This document shows positions 49,469-63,059 of a DNA stretch of 64,000 nt, in pieces; the stretch's first letter is position 1; every line of letters begins with the position of its first letter. This DNA comes from Peribolospora baueri (Eukaryota). Location: NCBI GenBank assembly GCA_029717555.1, contig JAMDHS010000004.1:186001-250000 (forward strand). Reading direction: 5' to 3'. The position numbers and the translations under genes were made by a program. Under the pieces are notes generated by a model. The model did no database searches and was not told the origin of the DNA. It was given only the letters and a program-made list of their open reading frames with translations.

Positions 49469-52400
49469 TTACGCCACCCATCCGATCCGGCTGATGTCGA
49501 CCTTCTCGTCGCCGTACGCCTTGATCTCAAAGTTAGCCTCCATCGAGGGCTCGAAAGCGCTGGCGATTAAAAGGTACTCTCGCGGCTCGAGCCGGACGTT
49601 GTCGATGATCACGCCTGACGGCGCATCGTCGTATGGGCCCGATGACGCGACGACGTCGTGGGAGCGCGTGACGGTCGTGCCGACGGCGGTACATGGGAAC
49701 AGAGAAAGGTTAATCGGTGGCAGCGGTGGAGGCGGCGGCAGAGGCGTGTTCGGTACAAATTGCGAACGCGTGATGCGGGCGGAAGCTTGCATTCGGAAGC
49801 TGTCGAGAGAAGACGGTCACCACGGATTCGCAAGCTCCGTGCGTGGGTCAGCAACGTAGATAGACTGGAAAGGGGACCAAGAGGGGTTGGGATCGTGAAC
49901 GCACACAAACTTTCCAGGCTTGAAGATGCGCACAAGGTATCGCGGATTGTCGTCGTACGTGCTGTGAGACGGTCCGCCGCCAGCCGTGCTTCCGCTTTGC
50001 CTGTGAACCGAGCGCGGGCGGGGCAAGCCAGTGAGGGAGCTTAGCTTCTCTGTACCACAAACCCGTCGAGGCGGTGCGAGTTCCGTCCTGCGAGCGCCAC
50101 CTACCATTCGCCTTTGATGACTTTGCTATACATACCCGCGCCTTCTGACGGCACGGGCTCGATGACGAACGGCAGAGAAGACTCGACTCTGAGGGTGATC
50201 GGGCCCTCCTGGCCAGCCTCAAAGGCGGAACAAATGACGGTGTATGTGCCCGCTGTAGTCGATCGAGATCATATCATACCATATCGACGACACCGACGAT
50301 CAAGGCACGGGGACCAACAAACGTCAGCGCACAAAGTGGGCCGTCAATCCGGCGCTCACCATGGGGTGGAGCGGCATGAGGAGAGGAGAGAGAGACTCAC
50401 GACAAAGGTTCTCAGCGTCACACACGGCGAGAGCGTAGTCGTATTCACCAGAGTCGGCGACAATGTCTCGTTGCAACAGCCTGCACGAAGCAAAAGCGCG
50501 TCGAGTCCTGTCAGCGTGCAAGCATGATCGCGGCCGGTTCCGGCCGAAGGCGTCGGTCAAGGGGGAAGGAGGGAGGGAAGGAAGGAGGGCTCACCTGCCG
50601 ATCCTTCGACCGTCTCCCCGCACAATATGGATGCATATCGTCTGGTCCCTCGCCGATTCCAACGTGAACCTCGCATCCGCTCTCTGATCCGGCGCCGTCT
50701 CGCCGCTTTCCGATTTGAACGGCATGATGGTCAGTCTGTACTGCGGGTTGTTGACGAACGTCGGCTGCGTCGCGTTGCCTCCGGCGGAGCGAATGTTAAA
50801 GTTGGATACGAGCTGCGGAAGGAAGGGAGAGAGGGAGGGATGAGTGGCTCGCTCGAGGGAACGGGTGCGAGAAACGAAGCGACTGGAAAAAAGCGCTTCC
50901 CAAACTGTCCGCAGCAGCAGCAGCTCACTTTGGTCGAATACGCATGTGTTTGAGGAAGATCTCGCAAGGACAAGGCGGCGGTCGAGTAGGCGCTCAGGGT
51001 ATATACGACGTCCACGGCGGGACCTTGACGAGAGACTGCGAGCGTGTACTGTCCGTGTTTGCTTTCTGCGTTGAACCGAATCTGCGCGAGATGGGCGGAG
51101 GAGGGGGGGAGGGAGCGTCGGAAAACGGAGCTGACGTCAGCCAAGCCCGAGCCCGAGCCTGCGTGACAAAGGCGGGTGTAGTGTAGCCATGTAAATGGAA
51201 GACTTGCGACGCACCAGGGTATGAGTCCCATTCATGTATTGGCCCTGGGGTGACACGAAGAAGCGAAGGGCACGTTCGTCAGCACGCTCATACGTCCTTG
51301 ATTCAGTCGGAAAAAAAAAACGAACTGACTATCTTCTTCGCCAGCCGCGATTTCGCTATCCTCCGATCATCCTCTTGCTCAAAGACGTGCACAGTGACCC
51401 AATCCATGGAGCTGTCCGTCAAATTCCTCCTACTGACATGTCGTATCAGCAAGAGCCAGACCTCGCATCCCTTTTCGGATAACGGGGGAGCGCCAGGAGG
51501 AGGCGTGACGGTCAGGCGGTACTGCGGGTTTTGTCCTGAACGGGATGGAATGGCCGGAAAGAGGGGGGGGGACGTTTAGGTGCATGCACCATGTCCAAGG
51601 GAGGGAGACAGGCGAGAAGGCATGGCCGGCTTTGACTCACCGACATTGCGAAGTGATTGGGAGCGAGGCAGGACGCTGCCCCTCCAGATACTGAGCAGAG
51701 GCGGTCGTGAAGAGGCGACTCGATTTAGCACGGCATAAGAAGCGGAAGAAGCAGGAACGGGGGCGGGGGCGGCTCACGAATGGATGGAGAGGGAGTGGTT
51801 GAAAACGTCGGGATTCCAGTTGAGGTAGATGGACTCGAATCGGTAACAAAGTTGATCCCAGCTGACCACGAACACGTCTGCGCGGGATGGGACGAGCGGG
51901 AGAAGCGGGAAGGAGGCGACGAGGCGACGAAGCGACGAAGCGACGGTGAGCGACGGAGCGGGGAACACTAGCGCGAACGGGACGCTCTCTTTTCCGGTCG
52001 GTCGACTGGAGAACTCGCCTTGCGTCTCTTTCACGTCGTCCGGTAGGGCTTCTCTGAGCTCGCGCGTCCATTCCCCCTCGTTCTCCTCCGCAGTGGAGGC
52101 CATGAACGACGAGCGGACGTCCGTCGGCCAAGGGTTCATGAGGACAACCTGACGAAGATGGGCCGACTCGCGGACATCTGCACACGCCGAGGTGTTGCGG
52201 TCGTCGTCGATCCGGGCAGACTAAGGGTGAGCGGAAGGGCAAGGGAGGGTAGGAATACGCTTGCTCGCTCACCTAGGACGGCATAACAGTGACCGGGGAT
52301 GAGGCCGGTCGCGTCGGCTTTCGGCGGGCCGTAGCTCCTTTCATTTTTCTTTGCAGTTCCAACGGTAATCAAGCAATCGCCTGAACAGAGAGGTGTGGGT

Positions 52401-55035
52401 GAAAACGTTAGCGTTAGCGTCAGCGTCGAAAAAAGCGGACGTGCCGGACCAGTTCGATGATTATCGCGCTCACCACCACGAAAGCCGTCCAGAATCCGGG
52501 CCCATGTCTTCTCGCGTTTGAAATCGGAGCTGCAGTAAACGGAGGAGGAGGTCAGCGGCGGCACTACGGCATGGGTGCGGCGGTCGAAAAAGTGGGCAGA
52601 CGGGACGGGGACTGACTTTTGCAAGAAAATCTGCTCGGGAACCCAACCGGTGAGGGCGCTGAAGGGGGGAGGGGGGGGAAGAAAGAGACGAGAAGTGGTT
52701 GGTTGGATGAGGGACGGAACGGCGGGGCAACGAGCACGCACTATAGGTCTATGCTCGACGTTCTGTAGGGGACGAGAGGCGATTCTAGGTGAGCGGACAC
52801 TTAGAAGAAGGAGAGCGGTCCGTCGATCGCAAGGATAGGTAAGTCGAAGCAATGCTCACGATCCTCCAAAGTCATATCCTCCCATCAGCTTGAGGTACTG
52901 CACGAGAAGACCCGAGGGACGAAACGCGACGCGACGCGACCGGAAGGAGGTAAGCGGGAAAAAACGACGTGCAATTCGGGACGGGGACGAGGACGAGGAA
53001 AAAGAGGCAACATCCGCCCCGTCGCGTCCGCTCACTCACCGCCTTCTCCAATAGCGCGGGCCACAGCTGTCGACCGTCGCGTGTGGAGGCGCAGGCGAGC
53101 CGGCCATCCGGGTAGGTGGGAAGCCTGTCGTCGATGGCTGTGGAGTGAAGGGGAGTGAGAAGAACGCCGGCGGGGGAGCACAAGGCGACAAGGCTCACTG
53201 ATCTACGAGGAGGAAGACAAAAGTTGGACGTCGGCCAAGAACGACGTGGAAATCGCAAAAAAAAAAAGTGAGCTTGACGATCAGTCCCAACAAACTTGCC
53301 AGCCGAACTCGACTCCGACTCTGCCACCCACCTTTCTCCAATCGCCGTTCATGAGGAGTTTGACGACGTATTTGCCATTGGCGCTCGTGCGTGGCAGGCC
53401 GGACTCGTCGCGAGGATATAGGCTAGAGGCGATGAGCTGCCGGGGGCGTAACGGGCACGGGGTCAGCTTGGCGACGTCCTTTCGAGTCGAGTGGAGACCA
53501 GTGCAGTCACTGAAATCGACTCGAGTTGAGAACCAGTGCAGTCACTGACTGACCTTGGAGCCCCACCTACGATCATGCTCAGCAGTAACAGAAAGGGCAG
53601 CGACAAAAGTACAATCCGGCACGACATCCTGTACGACCTCTCGACCGCTCAGTGGCTGTACTCGAGAGCGATCCCAGACGACTGTGATGCCTTCTTTCTT
53701 GTGATCGTCGGCAGAGGCGTTTGGAGGGAGGGGGAGGGGCGATGGGCGGCGGTATTCGACGCGCTGGGAGGTCTGGGCGCGGCAGAGGGGGATCTCTGGG
53801 TCTGGGTCGCTGAGAGGTGCAAGAGGGGATGACAGAAGGGAAAGGGTGAGCACGGCGGCGTGCTGACAAAAACACATGACATGTTCGACACTCACACGAA
53901 CGGCTTTCGCATCGGGCCTACCTCAAACTCGGACGGGGCGGGATCAAAGGTCCATGAGGGGTGACGGGCGTTATTGATGGTGGTAGAGATGGAGAGCGCA
54001 TAGGACTGCTCCTCTGAGGTGGGCAGGGGAGGAGAAAGGGCAGTCAGCGTCGGCTCGGACTCGGGCTGGGATGCGAACTGAAAAAGTCGGACGCTCACCC
54101 GGGGCCAAGTTCAATCTATCGACCTCCCTCAGTTGGCCGGTGGCGACGGCGCCGGGGGCGAGGGCGAAGTTGTGGGCGGAGGTGGTGGAAGGGGCGTCGG
54201 CGGCCTTGCCCCTGGCCCTCTTAATCTTCTCGGCGCGCTGGAGGACCTTTGCGGCGGCGGCCTTGAGCTGAGCGCGGGCGGCGGTGACGTCGGCAGGGAG
54301 CTCGGCGGTGAAGATGGTGGTGAGGGAGGCGGCGGTGGTGGAAGGGCGCTGGGCGCCAGGCTGGCGCGGGCGGAGGAAGTCGGGGACGGGAGGGGGCGAG
54401 GAGCGGGACTGGTCCGGGGGCTTGCGCCAGTCGATGTTGCGTACGCAGAAGATGTAGGCCTGTCCGGCGCGAATGTAGGCCTCGTATGCAGAGGAGTAGG
54501 ACTTTGCGAACTCGAGCGTTGCGGCGCGGGAAGCGACGGTCTGAGGGGGATTTAAAGGGGGAAGAAAAGAGAGATGGAGGGGGAAGAAAAGAGAGATGGA
54601 GGGGGAGGAAAAGAGAGATGGAGGGGGAGGAAAAGAGAGATGAAGGAGGATGTGTTTGAGCGTTCGAGTCTGTCCGTCTTTCACTCTGCCTGTCTGTCTG
54701 TCTGACTGCCAGTCAGTCTGTCTGCCTACGTATCTACGTATCTACGTATCTACCTATCTATCTGTTCCTGTTTCTGTCTTTTAGTCTTCCTGTCCGTCTT
54801 TCTACCTACTTATCTCTTTCAGTCTTTCTGTCCGTCTGTCCGTCCGTCCATCTGTCTACCTATCTATCTAAAGTATCTGTCTAGCCTGGTCTGGCCTGTG
54901 AACAGCCAGCGAACAACCGATGAAACGCACCTGAGCAAACTTGATCCTGTCGTCCCAAAGACTTGCCCTGCCGTCTGGGTCTGACGGCAGTGCGCCGGTG
55001 CCGGTGACGACATGGGGCGGGATGTCGGCGCTCAT
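49469..55035 (-). CDS. palB: Calpain-like cysteine protease PalB/Rim13 (calpain-7 type) with N-terminal MIT-like region, many exons
   Basis: Catalytic triad motifs QDVVPDCTFVAAL, GLIPGHCYAVL, LMNPW; IDDRLP, LWPALLEKA|YLKLMGGYDF, LTGWVPEQI, IYLNWNP; calpain III motifs NPQY and STAGG...NPRY. Confidence 0.9.
54557..54644. repeat. 4 x 22-bp minisatellite in palB intron 1
   Basis: Units ggggga(a/g)gaaaagagagatg(g/a)a at 54557, 54579, 54601, 54623. Confidence 0.9.
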
Positions 55036-55299
55036 CTTGCTCTCTCGTTCCCGAGGACGAGGGCGGCGGCGGTGGTGGTGGTGACGGTGGTGTGGTGGTC
55101 GTCGTTGTCGTCGTCGTCGTGGTGGTCTGTGTCTGTGTCGGTGTGTCCATGTATATGCTCTTCATCCGCGTTGCGAGTTGCTTCCTATGAGCGAGATTGC
55201 GGTGCGATCCACAACTTCGGGTCAGACGGCCCGGCGAATGCGCTTCCGCAGGCTTGAGCTGCGGGGCCACGGAGGTGGTTCGCTTGTGCGGTGCGAGTG

Positions 55300-56360
55300 C
55301 GTCGGCGTCTGTGTATGTCCGTGTCTTTCAGTCAGTCGCTCATTTGGTGTCTGTCTTTTCTGTCTGCCCATTTCCGTCTCCGTCTCCGTCTCCGTCTGTC
55401 TGTCGTTGTCCGTCTGTGTCAGCACATCTCGCTTGCAACCCCGTCGTCCCGCAGGCGCGGCCAAAAATGGCCGCCGAGTCGCTGCTGACATCCGCCCGCG
55501 CGTCAGACCACCACCACCAACACCACCACCAGAGCAGGAGCAGCAACGGCAACGGCGGCGGGCGAAAGAGGGAGCGACCCAAATCGAGCGAGTCGCCAAG
55601 TCGAAGCACCAACTCATTTCTTTCTGCCCGCTCCACCTCCCTCCCTCCCTCCCTCCCAACCGACCGGCCATCGGACGGACCGGACGGGAGCCCATTAAGT
55701 TAGCCGCCGCCCCGCGCCGCAGCCCGCGCTTGGTTGGTTGGTTCCCTTATGAGCGAAAGGCCGTCCGTCCATATGTGTCCTATCCTACGCAGTCCGCAGC
55801 CGTCGTTGTCGTCGCGGGTGCGCCTGCCTGATCTGATATCGGCGGATGAGGCGACTCATGGCGACGCGACGCGGCGCGAGGTGAGGGAGGTGAGGGAGGC
55901 GGAGACAGACACAGAGACATATGTACAACGCAAGCATACACATCCATCCATACGCCCATGCATCCATACAAATCCACACATACATCCTTACACACTCACA
56001 CACACACATACATCCATACGTGCATACTACACACGTACGAGCGTTTACACAGCCGACCCAAGTCCAGGCAAGCCCAAGCGTTAGCAAGCCAGCTAGCTAG
56101 CTAGTTGGCAAGGATGAGCAAGCGAGCGACCGAGCGAGGGAGGGAGAGGGAGATGATGGACGGACGGAAACGCTCGCTCTGCTTCCTTTTCCTCTTGCCC
56201 CTCGCCTCGCCTCGCCTTGCGTCGCCTCGCGTCGCGGCACGTAATCTTCCATGACCCATCCTATGAACCGACCGTTCGGATGTCCCGGGCAACTTACTCA
56301 AAGCCAAAGTCAAAGCCAAAGCCAGAGTCAAAGCCAAAGCCAAAGCCAAGCCAAGCGAGG
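55300..56360. repeat. Microsatellite/low-complexity intergenic region (CCGTCT, CA/CATA and AAAGCC runs)
   Basis: Examples: ccgtct array at 55374-55400; ca/cata array at 55930-56035; (aaagcc/aaagtc)n at 56300-56356. Confidence 0.7.
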
Positions 56361-56928
56361 CGACGAGAGGTAAGGGCAAGCGAGATGCGAGACGGGCGGG
56401 CGAGGGTGAGGGCGCGCCCCAACGCACCGGTCGGTCGGCTACTTAGCGCCGGTCGCAAACCCTCCATCCCATCATCGTCCTTCGCCCTTCGCCCTCGCCG
56501 TCGCCCCCGTCGTCAAGCGGCCACACCACAACCCGCTTAGGCACCCGCAATCGTATTACAGCTAGCTGCAGCTTCGGCGATGGAGCGATAGATAGATAGA
56601 TGGGAACGACATGCTTTATTTTTTTTCTTCCTTCCCCTCGTCCTGCTTCGCGCGGCGCAGGCAAGAAAGAAAGAAAGACAGAAAGAAAGAAACAGGGAGG
56701 GGGTCTGATCGAGACGGACAAGTAGACAGACAGACAGGATACCAAGGAAGAATGTGAGTGGGGGTTCGTCGAGTCGAGTCGAAAAAGGGTCGGATCGGAT
56801 CAGATCAGATCAGATGAAAAAACGAGCAAAAGGAGGCAAAGGAAGAAAAGGCAAAAAAAGGATGCGATGCGCGGACGATGCGAGGGGACGAAAAAGAGGG
56901 GAAAAAAATCGGAAGCACGGTCGCTCGT

Positions 56929-59900
56929 TCAGTGCGTCCTCGACATCGTCGTCACCTTCCGCCTCACCCCCGCCTTGCTCTTGCCCTTCCTGCTACCGGA
57001 AGAGCTCGCACCGGCACCGCCAGCACCGGCGGCGGCAGCCCCTCCCCCTCCCTGGATGTACTTGACCAGCTCCTCGACCGAGCGAGAGCTCAGATCCGCC
57101 TCGCCTCCCGTCACCGTCGCGCCCAGACTCGCGCCGGCGCCCCCGCCGCTCAAGCTCGCCGCCGCCGCCGCCGCCGCCGCGGACCCGGAGGCGTATCGAG
57201 CGCGTCCGTTCACCGACGTCGCACCGCCACCACCACCGCCGCCGCCGCCAAGTCCGTTGACGTTGGCCCGACGAAGGTCGCGCGCCTTTTGCGCCAGTTC
57301 CATCTTGGCCATCCGCATCCCGCTCGCGAGGAGCGACTGCAGGAACTGGTCCGCTTCCTTCGTCTGCGCGTCCTCCTTCCCCAGCTTGGCGTCGAAGATC
57401 CGCCACGCCTCCTTCTCCGCAGAGATGGCCGCTTTGATGTCGCCCGTCAGAGTGTAGGCTTGCGCCAGGTTCGAATGAGAGTTGGCCGTCTGGATCGAGT
57501 CGCTGCCGTGAGCCGACAGGATGAGCTCGTGAGCCGTCTGGTAGACCTTGAGCGACTCGTCGAACTGGCGACCGTGTTGAAGGATGAACCCGGCGTTGGA
57601 CTAATGCGAACGAGGAAAGCAGACCTCCAGTCAGTCCGTCTTCCTTCCACTCTCCCTTCAACATCCATCGAGACGACTCACCAGAACAGTGGCAGACTCG
57701 GGATGACCCTCTCCGTATAACACGTTCCACAGCTCAATGACGCGCATCTGACACTTGAGAGCCTCCTCCGTGTTTCCCGCCGCGAGCTCCAGCACGGCCA
57801 GGCTGACGTAGTGGTTCAGCGTCTCGGGGCTGTCCAGGCCGAGCGTGCGCTCAAAGATGGTCACCGCCTGACGCTGGTACTGCACGCTCTTCGCCATGTC
57901 GTACTGGTTCGCCTGAGCGATCGCCGCCTCCACGTCCTCCGCCGTCACCTTTCTCGTTCCTTCACCGTCCTCCTGCTCCGCGTCGCCGTTCGCCTTGTTG
58001 CCCTCAGCCTCCGCCTTCTCTCTCATAGTCTGCCGGCGGTACAACTCCTGAATCTCCGCCGCCTCGCTCGCCGCCGCGCGGTAGAGCTGGTGGAGGACGT
58101 TGGCGAACGACGCGTACGCTCGCCCCACTTCGGGGTGGACGATGCCGTAGATCTGCTCATGGAACGAGATGCCTTCCATGAGCAGCTCCAGGCCCACCTC
58201 ACGGTCGCCACGAGCGATCGACACCCGGCCGGCCTCGAACGCATCGTCGGCGATGGAGCTCTGCGCAAGGGGGGAAGATGGGCGGGTGGGGGCAAGACGA
58301 ACGTGAGCCGAGTCAAGTCCCTTCCCGATCGTCCGTCTTACAGAAGGAGAGGATTACAACACAACGAAGAGGGGGACGTCAACTCACCTTGGCCGCCGAC
58401 TCTTTGACGATGGGCCTGATGTTGAGAACATCTTCGGGCTCAAAAGTCGTCGTCCTCTCCCTCGGCTCCGACGAAGCGGTATGCTTCTTCTTCCCCGCCG
58501 ACTTCTTCTTCTTGTTCTTGCCCCCGCTCCCGCTCGCGCCGCCACCGACGGGGCTGTTGCTTCTCGTGTTCTCCTGAGAGTCCTCGTCAGTCAGCACCGG
58601 GTTCGACGCCGGAGCCGCCTGGACGACGACGACCGGTTCGACGGCTTCGAAACGGTAGTCTTGCAGCTTGAGCTGGACGCCCACGCGGTTGCAGAGCTCG
58701 CGCAGCATCTGCGGCTTCTTCACCTTCTCCGTCAGGTAGCCTTCGGGCAAGACGAAGCGGAAGCGGCGCTTCACTTCGGTCTCGATGCGCTGTCGCAAGC
58801 TCTCAGGCGTCAGCTCAGCCCAGGCTGGCTCCGCGTCCTCCGGCAAGCCAGACGGCTCCACGATCGGCGTCGGGTTCGCCTCCACACTCGTGCCGAGGAA
58901 GCAGTTGAGGAAGTGGGAGATGACGTTCGGCAACGACGCGTAATCGACGCCCCTGAGCAGAGAACGCAGGATACGCTTGGCCGCGCGAAGAGCCATTTCC
59001 TGCAGCAGGACGACACGGAAAGCGCCAAGGTAGCTGTACGCCGCAGGTCCGCTGGCCTTGATGACGGGCTCCAGCTCGGAAACGAGGTGCGGGTTCGCCG
59101 CCAAGTAGGCCACGCGGCCGAGGTAGCGCATGTTCAGGCCCCGGGCGTGGAATTGACGCGTGAGCGAGGTCCCGTCGCTGATGCTGATCCCACCGGCGGC
59201 CACGTCACCGAGCAGCTGAGGAATGAGGACGTAGGCCAAGAACTTGCCCGCGTCGCGGACCGCTTTGACGGACGGGTCACTCTCATCGTCGATGATGGGG
59301 AACGACTTCCTCTCCTCCTCCTCCTCCTCCTCCGTGCTCCCGTTCAAGTCGGACATCGGCACGGACTTGAACTCGACGAAAGCGTCGGGGTTGAACGAAA
59401 GCTCAAACTCGGGTTCAGGCTCTTTCTCCTCCTCCGGCATCGGCTTGTCCTCCTCTTCCGCCTTCTTCCTCTCCTCGCCCTTCTTCTGCTTAGCGACAAC
59501 CTGCTCACGCATCCACTTGCGAAGCTCAATCTCCCAGAAGATCTCAAGCAATTCCGGACGAAGGAGGAGCATACGGTGAGGATACGCCAGGTCTCCGCTG
59601 CCCTTCTGCTCCTGAGGACCGGGCTTCTCCGAGGCCTGGGCGTCCACTGTGTCGGACGCTCCATTTGCTTGAGGCTTGAGCTCCTCGAGCTTGCAGAGAG
59701 TCCCGTCGAAGAGCGTGCCCTCACGGTCCTCCTCTTGCCACCGGACATCGACCGGAGTGAGCCTGGCCAGATCGAGCACGTATTTGCGACCGTCGGCGCC
59801 CTTGAGGCCCTTGGTATCGACGCTCGTCCACAACTCATGCTTCTCGCCCTTGCCGTCCAGAACGGAATGCTTGGCGAGATGGAGCGCCTTAGCAACCTTT

Positions 59901-62030
59901 CCGAGGCGCGCGTGGAAGGCATTGTCGGTGCGAATGACTTCCGGACCCTCGACACCACCGTAGACGACCTGGTTGTCGTCGTTCAAATCGATCGGCTTGA
60001 CGCCATCCTCTGCCTTCTTCTCCTCCACATTGTTTGCGGAGGCCGCCCGTTCGTCCTCCGCGGCGGCATCCTCCTTGCCATCTTCCCGCTCCATCTCGTC
60101 CTCCTCCCTCCGCCTGAACAAGCCGGGGACGACGCTCTGCGCGACCCATCGCTCACCAGCCCAATCCAGGACAGCATGGCCGAGTAGACAGATGCCGTCG
60201 ACATCCAGCGCGTTGAGCGTCTTGATGCCGAGAACGTCCTTGGCGACGGCGACATGCGCCGCCTCGTCGCCACCCATGTGCTTGTAGATGTCCACACCGT
60301 CGACGCCCTTGCTGAAGAAGATGTTGGCGTGGATGAACATGTGCGCGTCCGGCTTGTCCATCGGGTTCATCGGCACCGCCTCGCCGGCCGCGACCCTGGG
60401 CACGGCACGAGCGGCGGCCGTGGCGAACTCGGCATGGAGCCGGCTGAGGAGACGGTCACGCACGACGCGCTCGTTGAGGTTGCCGTGCGGCAGCTCCCGA
60501 GTGGACTGCAGCTCGTCGTTCCAATCGCGCGTGCCCTCCAGCGTGTCGGCGCTCGTGGCGCCGGTAAGAAGGTAGGCGGCCTGCGTGCGGAGGAGATCGG
60601 CGGTGTGTGGATGCTGGCGGGCGAGGAAAGGAAAGCTGGGAAGAGAGTTGGTGATGGGGACGACGGAGAAAAAGTCGCGCTGGACAACGGGATCGTTGAA
60701 GAGCTTGGCGAAATTGGTAGAAAAGAGGGGAGACAGGTTCGACAAAAGGTCGAAGAGACTGTACGAGGTGAAGTCGCGAGGGGACGGCCGTGGAGATGGG
60801 TCGAACGCCGTGGGAGTCGACCGGTTGACCCAAAAGCCGTGGCTGGACGCAGTGATGAAGATGTTGTCGCCTTCCAAAGTGATCACGGAGAGGTAGAGCA
60901 AGTGTCCCTTGAGACGCAGATGATGCGGCGGCTGGCTCCAGGGCGCCAGGGCAAAGTGCTTCAAACACGGCGAGGGAGCCTGGATGGTGCGAGCCTGCGG
61001 AGGCACAAGACTGGACAACGGGTTCTTGGGCCAACCTGTCCACTCCGAAAATACCTTTGGCGCGACGTCCCCATCCTGCATTTCTTCCCCCGCCTTGCCA
61101 GCAGACTTGCCCTTGCCCTTGTTCTGCACGGCTTCGGATGACGGAGGCGTTGCGGGCTCCGGGTTCCTAATGGCGTCAAGGACGCTCAAGCCAGCGTCAA
61201 CGCCCATCGAGCTAGGGTCATACGGATGCGGGCCACTCATGAGGTCGCGCAGGCGCGAGATGTGCGCCCGTACGTCCTGCTCGTTGAAGGAAACTGGACG
61301 AAAGCAAGCGTGCGAAAAGAGAAGTAGGAGACCCGGCAGCGGTTAGTCATTGGCCTGTATTACGAGTCGAGAACCTCCAATCTCACCAGGCGACACGACC
61401 AGGCGCCTTTCGCCCTCGACACCCTTGAAGACCTCGGCGAGTTCCACCCACTCGCCGACTTTGTCTGACGGCGAGGCCTTGCCATTTTTTCCAGAGGCGC
61501 TGGGCCATCTAAAGCAGAATGCACCAAGCCAATAGCTCTCAGGGTGCTCCGTAAGCGTTTGGCGGACGTCGTTGAGCGTCTCGGAAGGCGCGACGGCGAT
61601 TCGGAAGGTGCCGTCTTCGGAGGCCGTGGCGACCGCGGGCGGGAAGCGGAGGTTGCGAGCAGGAAGCTCGAGGACTAGCTCGAAGGGCTGGAAAGCGGCT
61701 ATGACAGGAGATCGAGTGGGAAGAAGGAGTTAGGTCGGAACAGTAGATGCGGTAGAAGATGACCTTCAAGGGCGTGGATGCTCGAAGGGTGACGACTCTT
61801 CGCCGTCGATGCGCAAGGGCACGGCCGGCACCATGTTCGGCCCGACCGCCTCGCCCAAGGCGAGAAGACAAGAGATCGCACGGTCCCACCAGCTCGGCGA
61901 AGCATCCAAATTGCCATCCCGCCCCATGCTCACCTTCAGCAGCTTGCTGGTCCGCGGTTGCAGTCGTCTCGGCCGCCTGGTCATCACCGGCGATCGCCTC
62001 GGAAGGCTTCTCGATCTCGGCCGGCGCCAT
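56929..62030 (-). CDS. CLU1: Clustered mitochondria protein (Clu1/Tif31), about 5 exons
   Basis: PWSQPPHHLRLKGHLLYL, RDWNDELQSTRELP, NIFFSKG, GGDEAAHVAVAKD, RWVAQSVVPG, GADGRKYVLDL, GLNMRYLG; C-terminal TPR-like HEQIYGIVHPE, ERTLGLDSPET. Confidence 0.95.
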
Positions 62031-63059
62031 ATTTATCGAATTCCCGAAGTCCTCTTGAAGGGAGAAGAGAAGGGTGGGAGAGAGGAAAGGAAAGAAGGAG
62101 GTCGGAGTGGCGAGAAAGGAACGAGGGAAGATCGAGAACGTCTCTCGTCTGTGTGCTTGGAAGGATGCGATCGAAGGGAAGAAGGTCGCTCGTGCGAGAG
62201 GCGTGCGACGGAAGGAAGCCCCGGTCTTTCTTCCCAAAAAGAAGAAGATACAACAACTCTAACAAACGTCCTTCCGAGCGAACGAAAGAAGACGAAGGGG
62301 AGAGGAGACAGTCGAAAAGGAGGATGTAGGATGTGTAGTGAAGGAAAGCGGACGGGAGGCGAGCGGGCGAGAAGAACGGAAAAAAAGGGCCACCTCGGGT
62401 CCCGACGACACGCGATCGGAAGAAGGCGGGCCGGGAGGAAGGCAGACTCAGCCAAGCAGTGCAAGTCAGATTGCGCCGGGGATGAAAGCGAAGACCAGGT
62501 TTCCGACGTCGACTCGGAACGGCCGCGAGCAGCTCGATATCGCTCGCGAGAGAGAATTAAGGCATCCCTTGGAGCGTGGGACGACAGGATCAGCAATCGC
62601 GCCCTGCCATGGCCGTTAGCGCGGTCTGCCAAGTCTTCCGAGCTTCCGGCCTCGTCCACCAGCTTGCCTCACGACCCGTGCCCTCATCTCCATCTCCATT
62701 CTGCAAAGTCAGCCGGCTGTCTTCGAGGGGACAAGGGTTTGGGGCGAGGCGGCATGGCCACAAAGGAAAATGTCATTCGTCGCTGCCATGCTACACGATG
62801 CCCATCAACGAATTTGGGCTAGAACTACAACACATGTACGTAGACAGCCGCACGCGACCTCCTTCCCGTCTTCTTTTTCTCGCCACGGGAACGACGACCA
62901 TCGCCCTCGGGACGGACACCGCCGGTACCATCGCCGCCAGGATGAGGAGGTAGCAGGGAGAAAGTAATACCCGGCTTAACGGGAGCGCCGAGTGTGCGCA
63001 CCGAAGGGCGCCCTTTTGCCGCCAAAGGCTACACTTATTCATACCCACATACGGCCCAG

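Noticed and set aside
58481..60187. Long antisense ORFs (568 aa here; also 4960-5925, 6946-7602, 37822-38706, 42126-43187, 47427-48428)
   Set aside because: Shadow frames opposite well-supported genes, expected with high GC3 codon bias; no recognisable motifs.
61809..62822. 337-aa + strand ORF and neighbours around the CLU1 5' end
   Set aside because: Purine-rich antisense of the CLU1 5' UTR/promoter with biased composition and no domain.
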